From Alteriqipengyuania sp. (GTDB lineage Bacteria; Pseudomonadota; Alphaproteobacteria; Sphingomonadales; Sphingomonadaceae): DNA of 64,000 bases. The position numbers were made by a program, and so were the translations under genes. Below the pieces are notes generated by a model. The model made no database searches. It saw only the letters and a list, made by a program, of their open reading frames with translations, and was not told the DNA's origin. This document shows positions 27,827 to 37,619 of this stretch, piece by piece (position 1 is the stretch's first letter; the number at the start of each line of letters is the position of its first letter). Location: assembly GCA_964222325.1 (NCBI GenBank), contig CAXQBC010000013.1, forward strand, positions 59,072-123,071, read 5' to 3'.

Positions 27827-28092
27827 TCATCGCCTCCTTCGAACGGCGAGTCAGCGCACGGGAGCCCAAATGGTTTCGGGCGGCTGAACCCGGGCTGGAA
27901 GCGGACAGTCCGCCATTTGTCCGAAGAAACCCGCAAGCCGACGTTCTTTTCCAGCGGTTGGCAGGACAGGTTCCGCATATGGTTCGGGTCGACAAGACGA
28001 CGTTCCCTGCCGATCCTTGCGGCATATTTGCCATTTTCCGCATTCGAATTCAGAATGGCACCCCTTGGGAGGTACAGTCAGGGGGACGGGAT

Positions 28093-29160
28093 GTGACTGA
28101 CCGCGAGGCCGGACAGGGCGCGCTGGGTGGGCAACCAGTGCCCAATATCAGCATCAGCAGTGCATCGATCGGCTGCAAGACAGCTTACGAGACATGGCGG
28201 GAATCGGTCGCCGATGTTTTCAACACGCGGCCCGGCGAGCGCACAAATCTGGGCGAGTTCCCGCTCGAAATGAGTACTTTTCACCCGGGCCCCTTGGTGC
28301 TGGGGCGTTTCGCATCAGGGGCGCAGGAATTCGAGCGTAACAATAGGACGATTGCGAGCGGTGGCCTCGATCACTTCCTGTTCCAGCTCTACGAACGCGG
28401 TGGGTTCTGCGGGCTGGCCGATGGAGCGGATATACGAGTTTGCGCAGGCGACATCTGCATTCTCGACCTCACACGCACGCTCGATACCAGAGCAACCGAT
28501 TTCCAGAATGTCACGCTTATCGTGCCAAGATCGCTTCTGGAGAGCTTCATCGACGATGTCGATGCGCTCTCAGGCGTAGTGCTCGCGGGCGACGAGCCGC
28601 TGACCCGCATGCTCGCCAGACATATGCGATCACTTCATTGCGAGATGGCACGCATGTCGCAGGACGAGGCAGAGGCTGCCGCGCGCGCTTCGGCAGCGCT
28701 GATTGCAGTCGCAGCACAGCGTCATGCCCGTTACGGCTCGACCGGGTCCGAGCCGCTCGTATCGCGCTTTCGGGCGATCGTGGCGCACATCGACGCGAAC
28801 CTGCATGACGTGGCGCTCACGCCCAGATCGATCTGCGAAGACCTCGGCATGTCCCGTGCGAGCTTGTATCGGATGTTCGCATCGGTCGGAGGGGTGTCTG
28901 AATTTATCCGCATCCGAAGGCTCGAAGCGGCAATCAGGCTGCTAGTCTCCTCTGCCAGCATGCATCTGGGCATTGCCGAGATCGCCTTCGGCTGCGGCTT
29001 CAAGACGTTGAGCAGCTTCAGCAAGACCTTTCGCAACCATTTCGGGTTGTCGCCAAGCGAGGTCCGCCAGAGCGCTTGCGAGAATGCGCTATCTGACTGC
29101 CGCACAGGCGGCATCGTCGGCAAGGCCGATTTTGCTTATTGGCTCAGAACACTCGATTAA
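28093..29160 (+). CDS. AraC family transcriptional regulator
   Basis: C-terminal HTH IAEIAFGCGFKTLSSFSKTFRNHFGLSPSEVR. The start is uncertain (GTG 28093 chosen). The ORF-track start 27817 overlaps ku. Confidence 0.75.
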   Translation: MTDREAGQGALGGQPVPNISISSASIGCKTAYETWRESVADVFNTRPGERTNLGEFPLEMSTFHPGPLVLGRFASGAQEFERNNRTIASGGLDHFLFQLYERGGFCGLADGADIRVCAGDICILDLTRTLDTRATDFQNVTLIVPRSLLESFIDDVDALSGVVLAGDEPLTRMLARHMRSLHCEMARMSQDEAEAAARASAALIAVAAQRHARYGSTGSEPLVSRFRAIVAHIDANLHDVALTPRSICEDLGMSRASLYRMFASVGGVSEFIRIRRLEAAIRLLVSSASMHLGIAEIAFGCGFKTLSSFSKTFRNHFGLSPSEVRQSACENALSDCRTGGIVGKADFAYWLRTLD

Positions 29161-29384
29161 GAGCCGCAATGTCCGCCAGTGGACGCAACTTCTCCCGCTT
29201 GTCCCTGTGTCTCGCATTGTTTCCCGGCTGTCTCAAACGAGACCCCTTCGCTTGAGAACAAGGTAAATAGAGGCATTCCTCGCGCCGATTGCGGGAGCGG
29301 CACATTGTCAGCCTTGCACGAATGCGCTGTGCGACGGCTCTCAACCTCGCAATTCGAAACTTTTTGCTGTGAGGAGGCGGGACG

Positions 29385-30236
29385 ATGGCGAGCACATTGA
29401 AATGGGGATTGGCAATCGGAGCATGTCTCCTCGGCGGTGTGGTCGCCCACCAAGGTGTTGCGCAGGCCGCGCAGAACAAACGGCTCAGCGCGACCGAGGC
29501 GCGCAGTGCGGTAGCCCAGGCGATCAGGAGCCAGTGTCCGGCCAAGGCGCGGCAAGTTTCCAAGGCCAGTTGCTCGCCCATGGGGTTCGATGGCGATCGC
29601 CACAGCTGCCGCTACGAGATGGAAGACCGGTTTGGTTCACAAACGCTGTGGATCGACAATTCAAGCGGCAGTTGGAAGCCGACCAACACCTTCAACATGT
29701 GCGATATGCCGCCGCTCGCCATCTCCGCACGGCCTCAAAAGGCGCAACTAAACCAGGCGATCCGCCGCGACTGCGGACGGTCAGCACTATCGGTTTCGAC
29801 TGCGATATGCAGCCCCAAGGTTAATGCGTTGCGCGAGGACACCTATACCTGTCGGTACTCCATCGGAGGAACGAGCGGACAGCAGAGCAGCGACATCTAC
29901 CTGCGCCGGGGGCGCTGGAACCTTGCCGAGCGTGGCGAAGTCTGCCCGTCTTTGAGGGTAGCCAGCGACCGCCGCGACTATCGACCAGCGCGTGACTATC
30001 CGCCTGCGCGCGGCGACATGCCGGGCCGTTTCGAATTGGCGGTTGCAATGTTCGATGTCTGCCCTGGCACTGCGCGCGATCTTTCCAGTGTCGCGTGCGA
30101 AGCGACTGGGGAACCGAGCGAATTCAGTTGCATCTTTCGGACAAAAGACACGCCCGATCCAGACTCGACGATCATTGCACGGGATGGCGAATCCTGGGCG
30201 CTGATCGACATACCGAACACCTGTCGGGCGCGATAA
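29385..30236 (+). CDS. Secreted protein built of three ~80-aa four-cysteine repeats (unknown family)
   Basis: 283 aa with a signal peptide and a strong SD (GAGGAGG). The repeat pattern is AI(R)xxC-x10-C-x9-12-C(R/I)(Y/F)-x~30-C. Confidence 0.7.
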   Translation: MASTLKWGLAIGACLLGGVVAHQGVAQAAQNKRLSATEARSAVAQAIRSQCPAKARQVSKASCSPMGFDGDRHSCRYEMEDRFGSQTLWIDNSSGSWKPTNTFNMCDMPPLAISARPQKAQLNQAIRRDCGRSALSVSTAICSPKVNALREDTYTCRYSIGGTSGQQSSDIYLRRGRWNLAERGEVCPSLRVASDRRDYRPARDYPPARGDMPGRFELAVAMFDVCPGTARDLSSVACEATGEPSEFSCIFRTKDTPDPDSTIIARDGESWALIDIPNTCRAR

Positions 30237-30243
30237 TGCCGCC

Positions 30244-30272
30244 ACGCGGCACGGCAATGTCGCCGCGTTTTT
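30244..30272 (+). terminator. Rho-independent terminator-like hairpin after the Cys-repeat gene
   Basis: ACGCGGC-acggcaatgtc-GCCGCGT followed by TTTT. Confidence 0.5.
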
Positions 30273-30343
30273 AGCATGGCGCGCCACACCAACATTGAAA
30301 AAGAAGATCGCGAAGCTCCGTAGCGAGCCTCGCCGTGGGGGAA

Positions 30344-33300
30344 ATGAAAATGACGGCATCTTTCCGGGCGCAGCTGATGGCGGGCGCAGCGGTTGCGAGT
30401 TCGATGGTGATCGCGACACCGGCTCTGGCCGAATGCGATATCGACGGCGATACAGTCACTTGCGATGCGGATGCCGAATCGGACGAAGTCAATGACGCGC
30501 TCGACACGCTACCGGGCCCAGCGGGAGCCCTGGTCATCGCAGACGGTGTGACTATTTCCGCCGTTGGGCCGTACGTCGGGCCGCAGGCGCCGCCCATCGT
30601 CGGTGCGTTTACGATCACGAACAGCGGCACGATCGGGAGCGAGGACGATCCCTTGGGGATCTATTTCCAGCCACCCGACGGCACGCCCCAGCCCGAAACC
30701 TCTTTCAATGTCTACAATGTCGGCGCGCTGATTGGAGACATCGAAGCCAACGCCGGGACGAGTGCGCTGCTGGAGAATGCAGGCTCGATCATCGGCGATA
30801 TCGCGATGACGGCCGGTGTTCAGACCGGCGACACCGAAACGCAGATTCTGGAAGAGACCACGATACTGGACGACGGGAGCGTGCAGTCCGACCAATTCAC
30901 CACCACCACGAGCCGGACTTCGTTCACTCCCGGGATTGCGGAACTGGTCAACGGCGACACCGGCATCATTGAAGGCAATGTCGGACTGAGCGGTTCGGAC
31001 CAGGTGCTTCTGTCCACCTCGGGCCTGATTGACGGTCCGGCGGTACTCAGTTCCGCCTACCAGGAGCTTTTGCAACAGGACACCACTCTGGCGCGGACCA
31101 CCCGCACGCCTGAAGGCGGCGAAGGGTATTCCTTCGTCTCCGTCAGTAATGAGACGCGCAGCACGAATATCGGTGGAGATATCACCGCTATCGTCGGTCC
31201 AGGCGGTGTGATCACGGGCGGTTTGACCGTCTTCACCAATGCCGGGTCGGCAAATGTCGAGATCAATGGCGACATCGGCACGGCAGACACCCTAGCGGGC
31301 CTGACCATCGTGGCGTCCGGCATCGACACGCTCGACAGCTTCGGAACCGATCCCGACGACGGTTCACGATCCGAACGTTCTGAAGAGACCGCCACCGGCG
31401 GTACCGCAGATCTGAGCATAGGCTCCGAGGGTCGCATTTCCGGCGATGTAAGCGTCAATGCCCAAGGGGGGATCACCTTCGATGGAAATGGTACGATCGG
31501 CGGAGACCTTCAACTGACCAGTATAGCGGCGCCTACAACACGCACCGAAGCGATGGAGTTCAGCGCAAATGCGGTGGATGGCGGCTCGCAAAGCGTCGAG
31601 GCACGCACCTCGACATTCGACACGGCTGCGGTCGGCGGGAATATTGACGCGGGCATCGGCTCCGATGCCACTGTCGGAGGCAATGTTGGTGCAACCGGCG
31701 CAGGGACCATCGCGCTCGTGCTCGAAGGCAGCGTCCTCGGCGACATTGATCTGCAATCGCAGGCGAATGACCAGACCAACGAGACGATCCGTACAGTCAC
31801 GACCACTACGAGCGAAATGGCAGGTGAGGACGATCGGGTAGTCGTGCAGACCAGCGAGACAAGCCTGACGCGCAACACCCCGGTCGGCGGCAGCATTGTC
31901 GGGCGCTACGACGGAACGATCGGTGCGCCCGAGGGTGACGAGAGCGCACGCGATGTCGCAGTAACCCAGATCGCGGCCGGTGGCAGCAGCGCATCGATCG
32001 GTGGAACGATCTACGGCAGCTTCGAAGGCAAGGCTGAGGCAGTCGCGTCCATCATCTTGGAAGCAAGCGACATCATTGAAGCGGCCGGCGGTGGCATGCT
32101 CGCGACCCGGCAGGAAGAAACCCAAAAAGCCACCAACATCACTCATCAACAGGCGGATTCCGCGGTTCTCCTCACCGGGTCCGTGCTGCCTAATGGCCAA
32201 GGCGACGGGAATGTCGAGGTGATCGCTGCGATGGGCGATGCGTCCCTGCAGGTGCAAGGCGGCATGGTCGAAGGCGATGTTGCGGTCGCAGGGGGCACGG
32301 GGAGAAACGGCAGCGAAAGCGAATCAAGGTTCGAAGTTTTCGAGGCAGAGGACCCCACAGAAGAGCCGCCTGCCCTCTTCCGCACCGAGACCATCGCCGA
32401 AAGCAGCTTCGCTGCCGGGGGCACCGCCAGCCTGATGCTGGAAGGCGGTTCGATCGAGGGCAATGCCTACGTCCTCGGGGTCGGAAATGGTGAAGGTTCG
32501 ATCGGCGCAAACGTCTCAATCGATGCGCAAAGCCGCATCGGCGGCACACTATTCATCGCGAACGCCGAAGATCAGGACGAGGGCTTTGTCACGTTCGAAC
32601 AGGCGAGCGATACGCGCATGCGCGACGAAGGTGGTCTGGTTTCCAGGACAGTGACGGAACTGGAGGAATACACGCCATCGGAGTTTGCTAGCGATATCGT
32701 CGCGGACGTGCAGGGCGGCGTCGGCGGCATTCTGGCGCGCGCCATCCTGGGCGATGTCACGGTTAGGTTGGGCGGCACGAGCGACGGAGACATCACCCTC
32801 GCATCCGGCGCGCTGGTAACCGGCAGGCTCGAAACTACCACCTATTCGGGAGACGATCCGGAAAGCCTTGAGGCCGAGACAGTCCTGACCCAGGATAAAC
32901 ACGAGATTTCCAGTGTTTATGGCGGCACTGCCTCGCTCACGATTGCGGCAGCTGTGGATGGCGGCGCAACAATCGAGACCGGGAACATCCGCATTGCCGG
33001 CGCGAATAACTCTGTGCTCACGGTCGAATCGGGGGCCATCGTGTTGCCGATGGGCGGTGTGATCGCAATTGGCGAAACCCTGCCCGAAATGGACGATACC
33101 GACGGCGAAAGCGATCCAAGTCACAGCGGCATTGTAAGCGGCAGTGACAGCGAGACCGAGGGCTCGCAAAGCAGCTCGACCAGTGGCGATCCGGAGGAGG
33201 GCGAGGAAACCGTCAGCACGCAGGAAAGCGTGACCCGGACGATCGAGCAATCGAGCGGTTCGAGCATCGCGACCAGCGGCAACTTCTCAGATTTCAGCAA

Positions 33301-36022
33301 CACCACCACAGTTACCGCGGAAACCTATCGCGACGGTAAAGTGGTGACCTCGCGGACCGATCTGACCCAGACGCGCAACACCAACTTCGCAGTGTTCTCC
33401 AATAGCGGCACCGTGGGCAGCACGACCGCTCCCGTCACCATCCGCGTATCCGGCGTTGGCACCGGAGAAAATGCCGTGCTCGACACCGCCATGATCGCCA
33501 ATAGCGGAGCAATCTACGGCGATATCACGGTGAACGCGATCGGATCCCAGGGTTCGGTCAGCTCCATGTCGGACAATAGCGATCCGGAAAACTCGCAAAC
33601 GTCGTTCTCGATCACGCGCGAAGCACTGGCGAGCGGTGCGGCGATCGAAAATTCGGGGCTTATCGCAGGGACCGTCGCCCTGCAGGCAGGTTCTGGTACG
33701 TTCGCGAATACCGGGATCGTGCGCGGCAATATCGATCTGGGGGCCGCCTTCCCCAACCTGATTACCCTGAGCCTCGATCAGGAAGCGCTCGACGCGCTGG
33801 CCGAGGCGGATGAAGATGCGCCCCCACCGACGATCGAGCAGATTCGTGCACTGATCACGACCGAGTTGGACCCATCACTGCTGGAACAGACCTATCGGTT
33901 TCAACAGAATGGGCTGGCTACGGGTACGATCAGCATTGGCGAGATCGCAAAGCTTGGTTTTGCAGGCTTCCTGCCCGACGGCACGCGCACCTCGCAGATC
34001 AACGCAAATATTCTGCTAGGTGAGAACTCCGTCACCCTCGGCAGCATTGCGGGCGAAACCGCTGCAGCTACCGGCGATGGCGCGCCCGAGCGCCTGACCT
34101 CGACTACGGTTTCGCTGACAGGCAGTGGATTTCTGGGGGCTGGCAACGACGACATGCCTGCTGCTGCGATCGGGGGCAACTATCTGCTCACCCCCGATTT
34201 CGCGGCTTTCGTGGCGCTCGACCCCACCCTGCTCGACGATCCTGAGTCGCTGGAATCGGGTACACGCGTGACCGGCGTCGATACTATTGAGAAGACCGGA
34301 ACGGGTACCTTCACCATTGTCGCGGCGCCCTCGGCTCAGGGCAGCTTCGCATTCGACATCGGCGCGCTCGATATCCTGGAAGGCGACATCCAGCTGGGCG
34401 TCGTCGGCGATGATGCCTTTGCGATGCGCGGCGACGTGACGAATAATGGCGGACTGTGGCTAGGCCGGGCAATCGGCGATGTGGAAGGCCTGACCGGGAT
34501 CGAGGGCATTACCTTCGATTTGACCGGCAGCTATCAGCAGGGCGACGAGGGGCGGCTCTACGTGCCTATCAACGCTTCGATCGCGACCACACCCGGCAGC
34601 ACATCGGCATTCTTAAATGTTACCGGCGATGCGAACCTTGCCGGAGAGATTGCGCTCGCGAACCAGATCGGCGTGTATTTCGGGGGCGAGCGGGTCGATT
34701 TCCTCACCGTTGGCGGAACTTTCACGGCGACCGATCTCGGGGTGACTCCGCTCAACAATTCGCCCTTCCTCGAATATAGTCTGTCGACCACGCAGCAAAG
34801 TGACGGCACGCTCGTAGGCATCGAGGTGCTACGCACGCCTTATGCCAGCGCCGCGACCAATGCGAACGAAGTGGCAGTGGCGAACGCGTTTCAGGACGCG
34901 CTGGGTTCGCTCCAGTCCGCCACCGACATTGCCGAGGGCAGCATGCTAGCGGCGCTGCGTGACAGCGTAATCGCATTGGATTTTGGCGGCCAGGACATCT
35001 CCGAACAGTTCGGCGCAGTTGGCACTGCCGCATCCTATGGCTCTATCCTGAGCCTGTCCGCGCTCGACGGATTCAGCCCGCTGGGCTCGGCCGGTCTCGG
35101 CATGGGCTCGGGCGCTTCCCCGGTCGCGCAGCGCGATGCCGGTAACGATGCGCGCTTCACATCGATGCGGTATACCTATCCGGTCGACCAATCGGGTGCT
35201 GCGCTATCGGCGCTCAGCGGTGGTGGCGATGGCGGAACACGTCTGTCTGCCTGGGCGATGCCGAGCTTCGGGACGCAGACCCGCGACGCCAATTTCGCCC
35301 TAGGCACATCACGGGTGGAAAGCGACCATTCCGGGATCATCGGCGGGTTCGAGCTGGCCACCGAGGGCGGCGATCGGTTCGGGCTGGGAATAGGATATGA
35401 CGATATGGACGCCTCGGCCACCGGCTTCGCCGCCGAGGCCGATAGCTTCCTCTTGGGCGCCTATCTTTCGCAACGCCTCGGCCCGGTGATCGCTTCGGCA
35501 CAGGTGGCCTATGCGTGGACCGATTGGGATGTGAATCGGGGCGCTAGCAATGCAATCTATTCCAGCAACGAACTGCGATCGTATGGCGACATCGCCTATA
35601 ACCTGTCGGCCGGGAAGGCCACATTCCAACCCTACGCCGCCTTCACCTGGCGGGTAATCGATGTGGATGGCTTTATCGAAACGGGCGGCGCGACGCCGCT
35701 GGCGGTCGCTGCACAGGAGGACTCGGTATTCTCGCCCGAGCTCGGCCTGAGGTTCGAATATGAGGGCGCTCGCATGCGCCCCTTCGCCTCGGCCAGCTAT
35801 GTCTTCCAGGGCGACATCGACACACAGGCCACCGCAAGCTTCGTCGCGCTTCCCGGTGCCACATTCGCGCTGCAAGGCACACAGCCACTGGATTATGCGC
35901 GGCTGACCGGCGGGCTGGCGATCGATCTGGGCTTCGGCGATCTGGTCCTGCGCGGCGATGCCCTGCTGGGCGAGGAACGCGAGGCAACCGAGTTCGCCGG
36001 GGCCCTGCGCATTCCGTTCTGA
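30344..36022 (+). CDS. Giant autotransporter (type Va) with acidic Gly/Thr/Ser/Asp-rich passenger
   Basis: About 1892 aa. Signal peptide MKMTASFRAQLMAGAAVASSMVIATPALA. One PATR-like stretch (IEKTGTGTFTIVA). C-terminal ~280-aa beta-barrel ends in ALRIPF. Confidence 0.85.
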   Translation: MKMTASFRAQLMAGAAVASSMVIATPALAECDIDGDTVTCDADAESDEVNDALDTLPGPAGALVIADGVTISAVGPYVGPQAPPIVGAFTITNSGTIGSEDDPLGIYFQPPDGTPQPETSFNVYNVGALIGDIEANAGTSALLENAGSIIGDIAMTAGVQTGDTETQILEETTILDDGSVQSDQFTTTTSRTSFTPGIAELVNGDTGIIEGNVGLSGSDQVLLSTSGLIDGPAVLSSAYQELLQQDTTLARTTRTPEGGEGYSFVSVSNETRSTNIGGDITAIVGPGGVITGGLTVFTNAGSANVEINGDIGTADTLAGLTIVASGIDTLDSFGTDPDDGSRSERSEETATGGTADLSIGSEGRISGDVSVNAQGGITFDGNGTIGGDLQLTSIAAPTTRTEAMEFSANAVDGGSQSVEARTSTFDTAAVGGNIDAGIGSDATVGGNVGATGAGTIALVLEGSVLGDIDLQSQANDQTNETIRTVTTTTSEMAGEDDRVVVQTSETSLTRNTPVGGSIVGRYDGTIGAPEGDESARDVAVTQIAAGGSSASIGGTIYGSFEGKAEAVASIILEASDIIEAAGGGMLATRQEETQKATNITHQQADSAVLLTGSVLPNGQGDGNVEVIAAMGDASLQVQGGMVEGDVAVAGGTGRNGSESESRFEVFEAEDPTEEPPALFRTETIAESSFAAGGTASLMLEGGSIEGNAYVLGVGNGEGSIGANVSIDAQSRIGGTLFIANAEDQDEGFVTFEQASDTRMRDEGGLVSRTVTELEEYTPSEFASDIVADVQGGVGGILARAILGDVTVRLGGTSDGDITLASGALVTGRLETTTYSGDDPESLEAETVLTQDKHEISSVYGGTASLTIAAAVDGGATIETGNIRIAGANNSVLTVESGAIVLPMGGVIAIGETLPEMDDTDGESDPSHSGIVSGSDSETEGSQSSSTSGDPEEGEETVSTQESVTRTIEQSSGSSIATSGNFSDFSNTTTVTAETYRDGKVVTSRTDLTQTRNTNFAVFSNSGTVGSTTAPVTIRVSGVGTGENAVLDTAMIANSGAIYGDITVNAIGSQGSVSSMSDNSDPENSQTSFSITREALASGAAIENSGLIAGTVALQAGSGTFANTGIVRGNIDLGAAFPNLITLSLDQEALDALAEADEDAPPPTIEQIRALITTELDPSLLEQTYRFQQNGLATGTISIGEIAKLGFAGFLPDGTRTSQINANILLGENSVTLGSIAGETAAATGDGAPERLTSTTVSLTGSGFLGAGNDDMPAAAIGGNYLLTPDFAAFVALDPTLLDDPESLESGTRVTGVDTIEKTGTGTFTIVAAPSAQGSFAFDIGALDILEGDIQLGVVGDDAFAMRGDVTNNGGLWLGRAIGDVEGLTGIEGITFDLTGSYQQGDEGRLYVPINASIATTPGSTSAFLNVTGDANLAGEIALANQIGVYFGGERVDFLTVGGTFTATDLGVTPLNNSPFLEYSLSTTQQSDGTLVGIEVLRTPYASAATNANEVAVANAFQDALGSLQSATDIAEGSMLAALRDSVIALDFGGQDISEQFGAVGTAASYGSILSLSALDGFSPLGSAGLGMGSGASPVAQRDAGNDARFTSMRYTYPVDQSGAALSALSGGGDGGTRLSAWAMPSFGTQTRDANFALGTSRVESDHSGIIGGFELATEGGDRFGLGIGYDDMDASATGFAAEADSFLLGAYLSQRLGPVIASAQVAYAWTDWDVNRGASNAIYSSNELRSYGDIAYNLSAGKATFQPYAAFTWRVIDVDGFIETGGATPLAVAAQEDSVFSPELGLRFEYEGARMRPFASASYVFQGDIDTQATASFVALPGATFALQGTQPLDYARLTGGLAIDLGFGDLVLRGDALLGEEREATEFAGALRIPF

Positions 36023-36047
36023 TCGGCAGCCCTTATGCCCGGGTGTG

Positions 36048-36692
36048 CTAAACGAACACCCAGGGCGAAAGGATGGCCGACACGACGAAGTGCGCAACGA
36101 TCACTGCAAGCAGGCCGATAGCCCACCTGCGTGACTTGACGAAGGGCATGGCCAGCAGGGTGAGTGTGCCCATCGTGTCGGTCCAGTCCACCACCTCGAC
36201 AATCCAGTCAGCGGCTTCCACCTTCTGCACAGTGGAGAAGGCGCCGCGCGAAATTTCGACCAGGATCGCGATCGCAATCACGCCGAACCAGATAAAGCGG
36301 CGGTGGGCCATGTAGTAATCGTCGAAGTCGGGCCAGGCCTCTGGCTCATCCGGCCAGAGGGCGGAACTGATAAGATAGTACCAGCCGATCACAGAGAGGA
36401 CGCAAACAAGGTTCAGGAAATTGAGCGGTACGTTACCCTGCATCTCGTACATGAATAGCCAGAAGGTGGCCTGGTGAAACAGCACGACTGTGGCGGATAA
36501 CGGGACAAGCCAACCGATCCGCACCTTCAGCGGTGATCCACCGTCGCTCGTGTCGCTCGGTGCCAGGCGACCGTGACGAATGCGACTGCGCAGCTTGTAG
36601 GCGCGGGCATAGCCGGCCAGCACCTCCGCCATCGTCAGGCCCAAGAGCAGCGTAAACAGCTCGAAGGTAATATCGAATTCGCTCATCCTCAT
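36048..36692 (-). CDS. Hypothetical membrane protein (about 5 TM), lower GC than its surroundings
   Basis: 214 aa. No family recognised. It is convergent with the autotransporter with a 25-nt gap. Confidence 0.6.
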   Translation of the reverse strand: MRMSEFDITFELFTLLLGLTMAEVLAGYARAYKLRSRIRHGRLAPSDTSDGGSPLKVRIGWLVPLSATVVLFHQATFWLFMYEMQGNVPLNFLNLVCVLSVIGWYYLISSALWPDEPEAWPDFDDYYMAHRRFIWFGVIAIAILVEISRGAFSTVQKVEAADWIVEVVDWTDTMGTLTLLAMPFVKSRRWAIGLLAVIVAHFVVSAILSPWVFV

Positions 36693-37200
36693 CCCCTGTG
36701 GGGATGAAGGCTAGCGTGTGTACGAAACGTCAGTCCAGTCCACTACTGAACCAAGGGTAGCTTTAGGGGGATCTTGTCGAAGAGCCGAACAATCGAGGTG
36801 CGGCGCAGAGCTGAAGGCCCACCAACTTCTGGGCTGACTTCATTGACCATGCGATCAACCAGCACAACCCGGTCGAAACTCGCATGCCAACCGCACTGAC
36901 AACCCGGCTAAACGATAGACAAATTGTCCCAGCTCGACTCCCGACTTCGCCCAACGGATCGAGCACAACTACCGCAGATCATTGTAAAATGTGGTAGCGG
37001 AGGAGGGAAATATAGGGAGCGTATAACATGCTGATTTACCTAATCAACTTTTTGAATCACCTTGCAAATACCCCCATCAATACCCCCAGAATCGGACAGA
37101 TGAGATAAAGCGCCTTTGGCAAACGATGACATGTAATTCGTAGTGACAGGTGAAAGGAGCGTCGGCCGTTTTCGGGCCGATCAGAAGGCGAAACGCCAGG

Positions 37201-37611
37201 TCATGAACCATCCGCCCGATCGTACAGCGAGGACATGTCATGGTCTGGCATGGACGGCATATTGTGGCCCGCATGCGGATCGGGTGTGTCGCTAGGCTTC
37301 GCATTCATCGGCGGGGGAGTGGCCGCAGGTGACGGCGCTACTACCGGAGTGCTCGCCGGTCGGTCTGGTTGCCTACCGGCAGTCACAGCTTCATCCGACC
37401 GGTTCGTGTTGGCCTCTCCAGCGGGAGAGGCAGCGTTGTCTCTTTCGCCTTCGCCAGGACCTGTGCTCTCGGTCGGCGGGGCCGTATACAGTGGCAAGGC
37501 TTCAGCTTCTGATGAAGTGTCCTGCGTCTGATCACATGCAGCGAGCCCTAGCCCCAGTGCCGCCGCAGCAAGGGGGGCAACAAACCCGTTCCGATTCGAT
37601 CTGCGCATCAT
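37201..37611 (-). CDS. Lipoprotein with Pro-rich linker and His/Met-rich C-terminus
   Basis: 136 aa from MMRRSNRNGFVAPLAAAALGLGLAAC (lipobox). C-terminus DPHAGHNMPSMPDHDMSS. Confidence 0.6.
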   Translation of the reverse strand: MMRRSNRNGFVAPLAAAALGLGLAACDQTQDTSSEAEALPLYTAPPTESTGPGEGERDNAASPAGEANTNRSDEAVTAGRQPDRPASTPVVAPSPAATPPPMNAKPSDTPDPHAGHNMPSMPDHDMSSLYDRADGS

Positions 37612-37619
37612 TCTATCCT

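Noticed and set aside
27817-28092. AraC ORF start at 27817
   Set aside because: It would overlap the ku start codon region on the opposite strand and add about 90 non-homologous residues. GTG 28093 or ATG ~27979 is more plausible, but the true start is unresolved.
36992-37008. tRNA-like sequence TGGTAGCGGAGGAGGGA
   Set aside because: It is not a tRNA gene. There is no T loop, anticodon arm or D arm. It is kept only as a weak att-site candidate in the findings.
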